Source: Eledone cirrhosa (lineage: Eukaryota). From it: a stretch of DNA of 64,000 bases. Made by a program: the position numbers and the translations under genes. Below are positions 1 to 11,591 of the stretch, piece after piece (the first letter of the stretch is position 1; each line of letters begins with the position of its first letter). The stretch is from the NCBI GenBank assembly GCA_964016885.1, contig OZ024741.1, positions 354,392,001-354,456,000 of the forward strand. Reading direction: 5' to 3'. The notes beneath the pieces are model-generated. The model worked only from the letters and a program-made list of their open reading frames with translations. It did no database searches and was not told where the DNA came from.

Positions 1-416
1 TTAATGATATACATTTAGTTTAGGGAAAATTAATTTAGTTTACTGATATTTTTCATTAGTGCATTGAGAAAATTCTTGTATTGTGAAGATATTTAAAAAA
101 TATCTTTAGAATCTTTCACCTCATACCTTACTGCATTTTATATGAAGACCAATCTTCACAAAAAGGTTTTTAAAAAAAGAGCCCATGCTACCATGCAAGT
201 AATAAAGTTAAAGAGCCCAAGATTTCTTCAAAAGGGAAAAATATACTCAATGTCATGAGGATTTAGGAGAATAAGGAATAAAAGAAAAATATGCTAAAGA
301 AATTAAGCTAAAAAACAATAACATTTTAGTAGTTGAGCAACCATACGAAATGCAGTATTAGAGCAAGCACAGTTATTACAAAGTTGCAACGGTCTCTCAT
401 AGAGTTTTGTACTCAC

Positions 417-449
417 ATGATCCGTATCCCGTCTACGATTAGGTTCATA
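417..449 (-). CDS. HEATR5B: Candidate HEATR5B microexon, YEPNRRRDTDH
   Basis: cttcctttgtag|TATGAACCTAATCGTAGACGGGATACGGATCAT|gtgagt; 33 nt, phase 0->0, open frame, pyrimidine-rich upstream. Confidence 0.7.
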
Positions 450-1278
450 CTACAAAGGAAGTAGGTAGGACAATTTTGAAGAAAAAAAAAATGCACCAGT
501 AATTATTAAATCTTATTTGAGGGAAATGAGTTACAGGAGCCGCAGCAGTAGCAGTAGATCTATAGTACATATAATATACTGGCATAAGATTAAAACTGTC
601 AATATTCTTCTTAGTAAATAATAATTTTTACATGAAAAAATATTATAGCTAAAACCAAGAGGAAGTAGGGTGGGAACAACATGCGAATCCAAGTATCACA
701 TATCAGAAATATGTAATAATTGGATGGATGGGGTGGGAGAGGAAGGAATGATTTTAAAATTTAGACAGGGACATTGAAAACAGCTAAAAGGTAGCAGAAT
801 TAATCAAATGTCTCCCATTTCTTCTAATAATTAGAAATATATATCTTTTTCTTTTTGTATTTGTTTTTGCAAGAAGATGAAGTTGAAGATTCAGATGATG
901 ATGATATAAAACTCTTAATATATAAAAATGTAATTATTAAAAAGAATTATCCTGTAAAGAAATGATGAACTTGTTATCAACAGAATGCAATAGAAAAAAA
1001 AAATTGTTAGCAAGCAAAAAAAATTGTTAAATACAGAATAAATATAGTTAGAATCAGGTGCCTTAGAACTTTTGTTTTCAAACTTACATATGAACTTAAA
1101 ACAATATCTCTCTTATTTGTATTGATTTTTCTGATCTCAGTCTTGGTCCAACCCATGTCAACATGAAAAATGGACATTAAATGATAATGATAGTGGTAGT
1201 GATGGAGATGATGATAAGTCTTGATGCAATGTTTTTTTCTTACCTATCTAGTAAATGGATAACACACTTTGTTTCAAA

Positions 1279-1469
1279 AAATTGTTTCTACATTTGACAC
1301 AGGTCCAGCAATTACCCCAGTACATTACTGTTGTTTTATTTTATCGACCCCATAAGGATGAAAGGCAAAGTTAACCTTGGCAGGATTTGAACTCAGAACG
1401 TAAAGGGCCATAACTCTATGCTGCAAAGCATGGTGTCTGACGCTCTACTGATTCTGCCAATCCACCGCC
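1279..1469 (-). mobile_element. tRNA-derived SINE (octopus-type, core GCCTTTCATCCTT..GGGGTCGATAAAAT)
   Basis: A-box-like TGGCAGAATCAG and B-box GAGTTCAAATCC on minus; TSD actttgtttcaa at 1266-1277 and 1472-1483. Confidence 0.88.
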
Positions 1470-2429
1470 TAACTTTGTTTCAATAATGTCAACACTCAGC
1501 AGAGATTTCAAAATAGTACACCTAGAAGCTGGAAATTAAATTCTCCAAAGATGGTAATTGTCCCAAAAAATCAACTATATATCAATTTGATCTTAATTAA
1601 CACTGATTTAGGAAAACTAACTTTAACATGTTTGTGGCAATAATGACATCTCATCAAAGCAGAAAGCTTTAGATTTAGAGCAGAAGAAGGAATAGATTTT
1701 TAGAGTTCAAACCTTTCCCAAGAGCATTGGTGACATAAGAGAAGTAATATGAAATAAAAGCAAGTCAATGAGTGACATGCCTTCATCATCACTCTCTATA
1801 GGATGAACACAAGTATTGACTTTTTTTTGGGGGGGGGGGGGGGGGGTCACCTAACAGAGGGAGCTTTGGTTTAACTGCAAGCTCTATGTACACAGCAAGG
1901 GTAAATGCATGTTTATGAACATACAAATGTGAACATATTCACAATTTATCCACACACCCAGTAGTGCTGGGCAGTTTATCCTCGTAGCAGATAAGAAATT
2001 TCAAACTCTGCCTTAACTTTGTTTTGCTTTTTTTTATATATTCATGAAATGTAGTTTTAACTATTGTTTTAATTGATGACACTATTGGTGAACTGTTTGA
2101 ATTCTCTGTGATAATGTAAAATGTATTTTGATATCCTAGCTAATGTTAAGACATTTGCCACCATCAGAGAGCTCTCTCATCCTCTCTCTTTGTTTTGTTT
2201 TTATGAATATATATATAACTGTATGTATGTTTTAGAATGGGAACACTGTATCCCTGCATATCGTAAGAGGCAACTAAAAGGGTTTATGTCAGGAAGGATA
2301 TCCAGGTGTAAAACATTGCATCAGAGAGTTCCAGCATGGAAAAGTAGAAATAAAAATGATAACGATGATCAGTTACTTCAAAAATCCCGCCACACTTGGA
2401 TGGCTTATTTTCATAGCAACTAGAAGATG

Positions 2430-3575
2430 GGTCAAGTTATGAAAGTAACAGAGATAGTTTTAGCACAACTGATTAAGAATAAAATCAAATTAGATGAGCT
2501 GCAGTTTAGATATATGCCAGGATGGTGTACTACCAATGCCTTCATCTTAGTGAGATAAGTGCAGAAGTTCCTAGCTAAGAACAAGCTACTATATTTGTCT
2601 TTTACTGATCTGGAGAAGATATTTGACAGAATATCCAGATCTGTTATCTGGTGGACCCTAATAAAACTAGGTGTAGATGAATGGCTTATGAAGATAGTGC
2701 AAGTCATACAAAGATACTGTCAGTAAAGTGAGGCAATGAGTTTAGAGATAAATTTAGAGTGTAGATTGGTGCCCATCAAGGCTTGGTTCTCAGCCCACTA
2801 AAGTTCATTATAATGTTTTGGGCTATAACAGAAGAGTTTAAGACCAGCTACTCATAGGAACTTCTGTATGCTGATAACTAAGTACTTATACCTGAATCTA
2901 TAGATGACTTAAGGAGAAATTCTAGATATGGAAACAAAACCAAGAGACAAAAGGTCTCAGAATAAAATTAGTGAAGACTACAGTCTTGATAAGTAAAAAA
3001 GAATTGACTACTGCATCCAGGGAAATGACTGGGCTTGATATATATAAAAAAAAGTAGGGAGAAACTTCACACAGTGTGCCTTGTGTAAACTATGGGTACA
3101 CAAACAACTGAGATCACACATAGGTTAACACAGAAAAGAGACTTTAGGTGTGGGAAATGCATAGGAGTAATTAACGATAAGAGAACTATACACTTTTTAC
3201 AATCCAAGGAAGGCTCCATAGTAGTAGTTAATAGTTTCTGCTACCTGGTGACCTAATTCAGAGTGGAGAGGGGTGCTCTGAAAGCATAGTAGCCAGAATA
3301 AAAGCAAGGTGGAAAAGGTTCAGAGAGCTAATGGCAACACGGGGGTTTTCTTTGTGTGAGGGGTAGATTATATGATGCCTGCATAGGAAGTGCAATGTTG
3401 CATGGTAATGAGACATGGATATTGAAAGCAGAGGATATGCAAAAGCTAAACAGAAATGAATCAAGCATGCTCCATTGCATGAATGATGAAACACAGATGA
3501 GTCGTGATAAAAACTGGGTATAAGAGGTATCAGATGAAATGTGCATGAGAGAAGATTGCACTGGTTTGAACAGGT
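2430..3575 (+). mobile_element. Old degraded RTE-clade LINE fragment (RT, decayed PHD, C-terminus)
   Basis: Collinear similarity to the 11.6-13.2 kb RTE (DLEKxFDR, ELLYAD, MLHGxETW-like segments) with many stops and frameshifts. Confidence 0.85.
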
Positions 3576-4042
3576 AATTTATCAAAATCAGAAGGATGAA
3601 AAGCAAAGTCCATCCATGAAGGTTTGGAACTCAAAATATAGAGAAACACAAGTAAATACCAGATATTTTGCTTAACAATCTATGGGATAATCAATTAAAA
3701 TTGAATGCTGTACTTCATAAGGATTTATTTTATGGACCTCAGGAGGATGAAATGCAAAATTGACGTAAGTGGGACATGAATTCTGAATGTAAAGAGACCT
3801 AAATAAATACCACAAAATATTATGTTTGGTGATCTACCATTTTTACCAATTCAATTGTTATAGTTATTATTTAAAATTAAAACTTTAGTCTGCTTTTAGT
3901 ATGTATTCAATGAAAAGAATAATTGTTTTTTCATTGAGTAATAAATAAAAATTAAAATGACATGCTGAAATGTTAAGTAGTACTGCTGAAAATAAAGAAA
4001 ATACTGGATATTAAGACATGCAAAATGCTTATTAAATGTTAC

Positions 4043-4206
4043 CTGATCTTCAATGGCTTTGTGGTCAGTTTCTTGAAGCCAGGAACCCAGAATGACACTG
4101 TCATCTACATGACACATTGATCGCAGGTGTGATGTTGTGGTATTAGCAGGATTATCTGTCAATGTGAACTCTGCAACTAGTTCTCGTAGCAATGTTGTGT
4201 AGGTCG
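4043..4206 (-). CDS. HEATR5B: HEATR5B exon ([18 protein letters not shown]...[13 protein letters not shown])
   Basis: cctcag|CGACCT...GATCAG|gtaaca; 164 nt, phase 1->0. Confidence 0.95.
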
Positions 4207-4729
4207 CTGAGGAAATGAAGAACATGTGTTATCATAGTTGCATATTTACTGAGGTAAATGAAAAAAAAAAAGACATCTCTTAAAATTTAACACTGTGCAA
4301 AAGGTTTCATTGAAATTCTTCAGCTGCAGCAGCAGAGGGAAAAATATCACTGATTAAATCTGAACTCATTAACTATTTATACATATGAACTAGAGTCAAT
4401 CGAGCCACTAAATAGTGACTAAAACTATAATAGCAGGAAATTACTGTAATAACAGTCAATGACTATAAATAATAGTTAAGAAAATTGTGCAAAATTTCTT
4501 TATGCAAAACCTTCAGGCTTGAAAAGACTTATCAAATAAAAAATAAATTTAAAGAATGAAAAATAGTTCTTCCACTTGCTGTAATATTTAATGGTTTTCC
4601 AATCCTAAATCCCTTAATTTTCCTGTTTTTATTTTCATATGAAAGAAAAATAAACTAAACAAAGTAAGCCACCATACCAAAAACTAAGTTTAAATTATAT
4701 TTTTTAAAATAAATAAATAGATAAATTAC

Positions 4730-4839
4730 CTTCATATGATTCTGGGGGCAACAGGGAAAGTACGTCATACAGTCTCAAGCGTACCATTGCAGATGGAGCC
4801 TTCAAATGGTTGCCATAAACTTTAATAACACTTGGTAAG
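4730..4839 (-). CDS. HEATR5B: HEATR5B exon ([36 protein letters not shown])
   Basis: ttttag|CTTACC...TATGAAG|gtaatt; 110 nt, phase 2->1. Confidence 0.94.
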
Positions 4840-5071
4840 CTAAAATAAAGGCAGAAAAGAGAGTTTACCTAAATGATGATGATGTTAATGATAACAATGA
4901 TTATGAAACATAGAATACAGCTACTACTCTATTTGTCAATCTAAGAGTAGTTTCAGAGTGTTGTTCATGATTAACCACAGCCAATACATTTGTTTTTCCA
5001 GTTATGCTACATCTCCACCTAGCTGATGAATGACTAAGAGCTTCATGGGGTCTTTTTAATTAAATGTTGTT

Positions 5072-5328
5072 CAACCATTTCATTGCCATATTTCTAATGA
5101 AATACATAGCCAATGTGTTCCAAATAATTTTGAGAATAATCAAATATTTAGATTAAATAAAATAATTGACTATTATTAAAAATCTGACAATTAGAACATT
5201 ACTTAACAAAAATTTCTTACATAAATTTATGATGGAAGTATTTAATATAAATATAAACATTTTAAAATGAGCAGTTTTTTATGATAAACCCAGAGCAGTT
5301 TCAGGTGGTTTGATATCAAAAAGATTAA
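5072..5328. mobile_element. Degraded piggyBac-type MITE copy
   Basis: Internal sequence (tatttctaatgaaatac...ccagagcagtttcagg) shared with copies at 10187, 24681 and 40428; ends eroded. Confidence 0.6.
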
Positions 5329-5869
5329 AGTTTAAATGAATTAGATTATAGGCTTTATTTTTCAAATGCTGCAGATATACTTAACAACCTATTTTGTTGA
5401 TTTAGTTTGTTTATAATGAAAAGAATATAGTTTTTCAATGAATGATAAACAAAAACAAATTCAAGTTAGTTCTTAAAAAAAAAATAATAAAGATTGTTAT
5501 TACACACACCACATTGGTGAGGTAGATTTTACACATATCACATTATTATTTCTAGATGCCCTTGCTAAACCATGAATTAGAATTAAAGCCTGCTGTCCTC
5601 CAGGCATTCAGCAGCAACTAATGATATATGCCTAGCATAACGTAACAGTCTGCTACAAACTATTTCTCTCAATGTCACATGCTATCTTTGGTTTTATCTG
5701 AAGAATCTTTAAATAAATTTTCTTTTTTGAATTAACTTTCAAATTTTGTTTTTCTAAGGGATATAATTTTATTCAACAAATTTCAATTAAATTATATAAT
5801 GCTTGCAAAAAAAAAAAATGAATGTAAGGAGAAGGGGAAAGGGAATGACAGGCTCTACACCTCAGCCTG

Positions 5870-6147
5870 GTGTATTACAGCTGTGCCCAACAGGCAAAAT
5901 GGCAAAAGCATTGCTGCAAAAAACAGCAAAAGCATTGCTGCAACAGCCACTCCACCTCACAGGGATCTGTCCTTGTGCATGATGCATTCTTTGCAATTTT
6001 GTGGAATAAAAGAGCAGTTTGGGGACCAAGGACATCAGAGATCTCAACAGCAACCAGCATGAAAAAAGGAAGCAGTTGGTCAAGTCCTGCTATTTGGAAA
6101 TCTACTTCTCTGCATTACGGGTGGTAGTGCCCAGGTCTGTGGCCAGA
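5870..6147 (-). mobile_element. 3' fragment of a CRE-like non-LTR retrotransposon (restriction-like endonuclease tail)
   Basis: Translates as ..LVAVEISDVLGPQTALLFHKIA..EWLLQQ..NAFAIL, fitting the RLE tail pattern PxAxETxGxxG...QRGNA; related to 36345-36720. Confidence 0.6.
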
Positions 6148-6583
6148 GAGATAAATTACATGCTTTCAAACTCTTTCCAATGAGTAAATTGAAATGAAGG
6201 TATTCTTTCAAAAGTACATAATTACCTGAAGTTCAACATTTACATGGTCGCTTGACCTGTTAGAAATAGTAGCCAAATTTCCCTAAAATCACTTCACTGT
6301 TTTAAACAAAGAAGCACGTATTAAATAGTGAGTTCCTACAGCAGCGTCACCATTTTACATCCCTTATCTATACTGGCATATGTTGGATGGGTTGAGTTAT
6401 CACAATCCAAGACAAGACAGGTCAAATAATCACATCTTGCTCATATGTTCCATATTTTTGTATGATTTCTATGGCTAAATGCTCTTCCTAATGCCAAATT
6501 TATTAATTAAAAATATATCTTTAAACTTTAAAGTTTTGTATATGCAATAACATTTTTTAGATGCAAATATTTGAAATACTTAC

Positions 6584-6683
6584 TGAGACAACATAATTAG
6601 AGCGCATTCTAGAGGGGCTAGAAGTCTGCGAATGACATCCTCAGTTACCAGTTCTCGACAGTTCTGCAGGAAGCTCTGCATTG
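6584..6683 (-). CDS. HEATR5B: HEATR5B exon ([32 protein letters not shown])
   Basis: ttttag|CAATGC...TCTCA|gtaagt; 100 nt, phase 1->2. Confidence 0.93.
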
Positions 6684-6829
6684 CTAAAATAAAATTAGAG
6701 ACAAAAAAAGAAGACATTAGATATAAAGTTTTGGAAAGCAAAAAAGAGAAATAAATAAAAAAATGTAATTAAAAAAAAAAAAACTTTCATATTAAATACA
6801 ATGATTTTCAAACTGTTAGATACTTATGT

Positions 6830-7137
6830 GTTGAGGGCACACAAGTACTACAGAAGGTGTATAAGTACTGCACAAGGCACAGAAGTATTGTAGAGAGAAT
6901 ACACATACTGTAGGTGCACAAGTGCAGCAGAGAGTGCACATCTATTGTGGTGGGCCTAGAAGTACTGTACAGATACTGTAGAGGGTGTACAAGTACAGCA
7001 GAAGGTACACAAATACTGCTGAGGGTGTGCAAGTATTGCAGAGGGCACATATACTGCAGATGGTGTACAAGTACTGTAGTGGGTACCCATACACGTACTG
7101 CAGAGGGCATACATACAAATACTGCAGAGAGTACACA
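6830..7137. repeat. Degenerate ~20-bp minisatellite (aagtactgcagagggtacac-like)
   Basis: Many diverged tandem units visible in the intron between exons 7264-7416 and 6584-6683. Confidence 0.8.
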
Positions 7138-7228
7138 ATTGATTGATAAAAGAAAAAAGTGGAGTGGAACTGAAATTAATGAATGAACAAATCAGTTTTC
7201 TATGGTAACAGTAAAAAAAAGATGTTTA

Positions 7229-7432
<204 letters not shown>

Positions 7433-8221
7433 TTACTATTAACAACTACAACAAATAGTTTGTATCTATATTACGTAAAAAGTTAAAATATACTGTGTAT
7501 ATATCTGTAAAGTATTTTTTTGTTAAAACATCCAATCTGTCATGCTAAAATGTAAGAGAGATAAGAATGTTACTATGAGTGATGTGTCTCATCCTTTTTA
7601 GAATAGGTACACTGCATCTGTCTGTCATAAGGAGTGATTAAAAGACTATTTGGCTGTAAAACATTGTCTCAAAACATTCTGCTTAACCCATACTAGCATG
7701 GAAATGTGAGGGTAAAGATTAAAAAGAAACTCATCTCTGGCTTGGCTGCAGGTTTCTCTAGAATTTTGAAACACTTCAAGTGCCATACAATGACATACCA
7801 TAGCATAGTTGTTTTGGTTATAAGGTCAAACTCACATACTTCCAACATGAAAGAATTACATCTTTACAATTATTTGTTAATAACTCCTTCATTTCTTTCA
7901 GTCTTTATAGGTGTTTCTTGTTGCCCTTACTATTCAATTCACCTCAAGATTTAATCACCATATTGGCAACCATAAAAACAGAGCTTAACTAATCTGTATT
8001 TGTTTCTTAAGGAGGTCTGTTGTCACTTTTCTTAACCCTTTAGCATTTAAACTAACTGTATCCGCCCAGAATTCGCTCACCTCTTTTTTCTGTAACTGGC
8101 TGCTCATACTTATGTTACAGTATTGTTCTCAAAATAAATAAAATCAAAATCTCGTAAATTCGATATTATGTGAGATAATTATGTAAGATAAAGCCTTTAC
8201 CATGAAAATACCATAGTATCA

Positions 8222-8551
8222 TTTCATTCATTCATTTCATTCATTCATTCCATTCCATTCCATTTCCGCTTTTCCCTGCTTGCAAGGGTGGGACGGGAAC
8301 TGATTTTGGCTTGATTTCCACAGTTGGATGCCCTTCCTAACACCTGCTGGGTGCTTTTTTTGCCGTGGCACCTCCACGACCACTTTGCAGTGGAATGATA
8401 GGGACCCCAGTCCCTATCATCTCATTTCTACAGCTGAGTAAACTGGAGCAATGTGAAATAAAGTGTCTTGCTCAAGGAAACAACACATCACCCGGTCTGA
8501 GAATTGAACTCACAACCTTTCGATTGCAAGGCCAATGCTATACCCACTAAG
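8222..8551 (-). mobile_element. tRNA-derived SINE with CORE-like body and RTE-like 3' tail ending in (GAAT)n
   Basis: aagtgtcttgctcaagg..cacaacc.. body, ggatgcccttcctaacacc tail motif shared with RTE 3' UTRs, (cattc/catt)n tail; apparently inserted in a TTAACCCTTT-ended element (about 8032-8585). Confidence 0.7.
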
Positions 8552-8899
8552 TATATATAGAGTAATGTAAATGATAAAGGGTGAATGTTTGTATTAAAAA
8601 GAATTTCTTTTGTCTGATTTAACTCCAACAAGTAGTTGAGACAGATAATGACAAGGTTTAGATTAACTAGCTGACCACGTGGAAATTCTACAGTTTAAAT
8701 AGAAACATAGAAATCTAACTTTTGTATTGTATTATTAATATTAAAACAGCTAACAGGAAGGTGGTGGATAAGGAGTGGGGGATGGGATGCAGAGACGATA
8801 GAGCAATGGGCTGGGTTTTACTTTGAGAGAGACAAGACAGGAGCGCCGCATGTAATTTGCTTGTTTAGAACGAAGATCCATAGGAGTAATTGAGAGAAA

Positions 8900-9550
8900 G
8901 AGTATCAGTGATATAAACCTTTTCAAGTCACAGGAAGGGTCCATAGAAGTGGTTGATAGATTCTGCTATCTAGGTCACTTAATTAGCAGTGGGGAGTGTG
9001 CTCCAAGAACATAATAGTTAGAATAAGGTTAGGATGGAAGAAGTTTAGAGAGCTACTTCCACTGTTGACTCCCTACATACAAAAGGACAATAGTATGATG
9101 CCTGTGTGTGAAGTGCAATGTTGCATGGTAGTGAAACATGGGCAGTGACTGCAGAAGATACACATCGACTATAGAGAAATGAAATAGCCAGGCTTCATTG
9201 GATGTGCAATGTAAATGTAAGAGAAAGGCAGAGCTTTAATAAACTGAGAGAGAAACTGGGTTTAAGAGGAATCTGAGGTGGTGTGCAGAAGAGAGGACTG
9301 CATTAGTACGGACATGTGATGCGCATGGATGATGATCGATGAGTTAAGAAGTACCAGTGGAAACAAGTCGCAGTAGAGTTAGAGCAAGAAAAACCTGGGC
9401 AAAGTTGGTGAGAGCTGACCTCAAATTGCTGAGACTCACTGAGGAGAGTACAAAGAAATGCAGCCAGTAGAGAGATGCTGCGCTAAGAAGGATCAGTCCA
9501 ATCCATGCAAGTGTGGAAAAATGGATGTAAAATGATGGTGATGATGATAT
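8900..9550 (+). mobile_element. Old RTE-clade LINE 3' fragment
   Basis: EVVDRFCYLG, MLHGSETW, YGHVMRM motifs; aatccatgcaagtgtgg...gatgat tail. Confidence 0.85.
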
Positions 9551-9872
9551 TAACAAATGATAGATACTCCCAAAATGGAAGATTTTACTCATTTATAATT
9601 TGAGGATAAACAAAATTTTTCATACAGAGCAGGTTTATAAAAAGAAAATTTTGACATTGCCCTCACAGCTGTTGCTTTCTCTCTCTCTTTCTCATACACA
9701 AACACTTTTACTTAAAAATGTGAGATTAAAAAATGAAAATAATTTAGCCTTTGCTACTGCCACCATAACAACTGCTCCCTTACATACACACCATTTCCAT
9801 TCTCTTACCATAGTATGACCAACAATTTACACCACGTGTAATCTATTATTAGCACTTTAATATAACAAATTA

Positions 9873-10064
<192 letters not shown>

Positions 10065-10186
10065 TTACATGTGTTTTTAATAAACATGTTTATATGAGTT
10101 TTTTTTATAAACATAATAGAAATTTGCTTATGAAATAATATAACATATTCTAGAGCAATAGGAGAAAGACCCCTCAGTATTTGTAC

Positions 10187-10426
10187 TTAACCCTTTCATG
10201 ACTGCATTTCTAATGAAATACACTCTATTTTAATTAATTAATGAAGAATTTTGAGAGATTTACTAAAATTATTTGTTATTTCATTAATAAGATAGTAACT
10301 TATTGTAAGGTTCTTATATAAAATTATGTTTGAAAATTTTAATTTTAATTGGAAACCTTTAAAATGGGTGGTTTTGTTTCATAGAACCAGAACCAGTTTT
10401 GGCCGGGTTGGTAAGTAAAGGATTAA
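10187..10426. mobile_element. piggyBac-type MITE (TTAA-flanked)
   Basis: TTAACCCTTT...AAAGGATTAA ends; body shared with several other copies in the window. Confidence 0.75.
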
Positions 10427-10467
10427 TATACAAAAAATAGGTCAATAACGATTTCTTTATTAATAAT

Positions 10468-10655
10468 TGTTTCTACTTTAGGCACAAGGCCAGCAATTAC
10501 CCATTACTGGTACTTTATTTTATCGACCCCGTAAGGATGAAAGGCAAAGTCAACCTCGGCGGGATTTGAATTCAGATCGTAAAGTACGTAACTATGCTGG
10601 AAAACATGGCATCCGACCCTCTACTGATACTGCCAATCCACCGCCCAATCCACCG
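10468..10655 (-). mobile_element. tRNA-derived SINE, young copy
   Basis: 19-bp TSD cgatttctttattaataat (10449-10467 and 10654-10672); 5' 11-mer ccaatccaccg duplicated. Confidence 0.92.
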
Positions 10656-11162
10656 ATTTCTTTATTAATAATAACAATTTATATGGCATGAGAATCTAAT
10701 CATAAGAGGATCTTGCTTTAGTTGTAAGAAGTGTTGAAAAAAAGTTTGTGTAAACAAATCATTAGAGTAGCTAGAATTAGCAGCAAAAAAATCGTGGGAG
10801 AGCTGGATAGCAGAAGGTCTTCAGAAAAGCAGCATCCCACCCCACACACTTCCCTCATAATCCTCTAAGAGGATCCTGTATTTGTAGCAAGAAGCGTTGA
10901 TAAAAAGTTTGACAAAATTCATAAGGTGGCTGGAAGAAGAATTTACAAAACCATTTACTGACATTTCAGATGGCCTTATAAAAAAGCTTTGTTTCCAAGT
11001 AACTTTGGTGCAAAATTATTTGCTTAACCATTTTGGCACTAAAATTATTTCTATTACACTTTTTCTCATCCTAGAAGATATTAAACAAAAAATCAGTACA
11101 AGCTATATATAGAGAAATATTTTTAAGGCATTACTGTATATACGCAAATATACTGTATATAT

Positions 11163-11348
11163 GGTGGATTGGCAGTATCGGTAGAGGGTCGGACGCCATG
11201 CTTTGACGTATAGTATTATGGCCCTTGCCATTCTGAGTTCAAATCCCGCCGAGGTTAACTTTGCCTTTCATCCTTACGGGGTCGATAAAATAAAGTACCA
11301 GTAATGCACTGAGTATTTGCTGGCCTTGTGCCAAAAGTAGAAACAATT
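11163..11348 (+). mobile_element. tRNA-derived SINE, young copy
   Basis: GGTGGATTGGCAGTATCGGTAG...GAGTTCAAATCCC...; flanked by attact(g/a)tatatacgcaaata repeats. Confidence 0.92.
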
Positions 11349-11591
11349 ACTATATATACGCAAATACAAACCGACCCCACTATTTTATGTCTGAGAAATG
11401 GGCAAAAATTTAAAATATTAATTCTCAATATAAGCCAGCCCTCCTTCCCCTTCTACCATTGATTGTTTGGCCACATATTCCTCGGTTTATATTCAAGTAT
11501 ATAAGGAAATTTTTGAAATACCAACTTGCTTAAAGTGTTCAAATTTAAATTTAAATTTTGGACTGAAATCTTATTACATACAAGATATTAG

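Noticed and set aside
181-200. TGCATG/GCATG (RBFOX-like) motifs downstream of the candidate microexon on minus
   Set aside because: They resemble the cccatgc(t/a)agcatgg LINE tail remnant found throughout the window, so a regulatory role cannot be claimed.
6830-7137. Periodic repeat superficially like a CRISPR array
   Set aside because: Tandem degenerate units with no unique spacers, in a eukaryotic intron; a minisatellite.
11163-11260. tRNA-like A/B boxes
   Set aside because: SINE heads without a complete cloverleaf; not tRNA genes.
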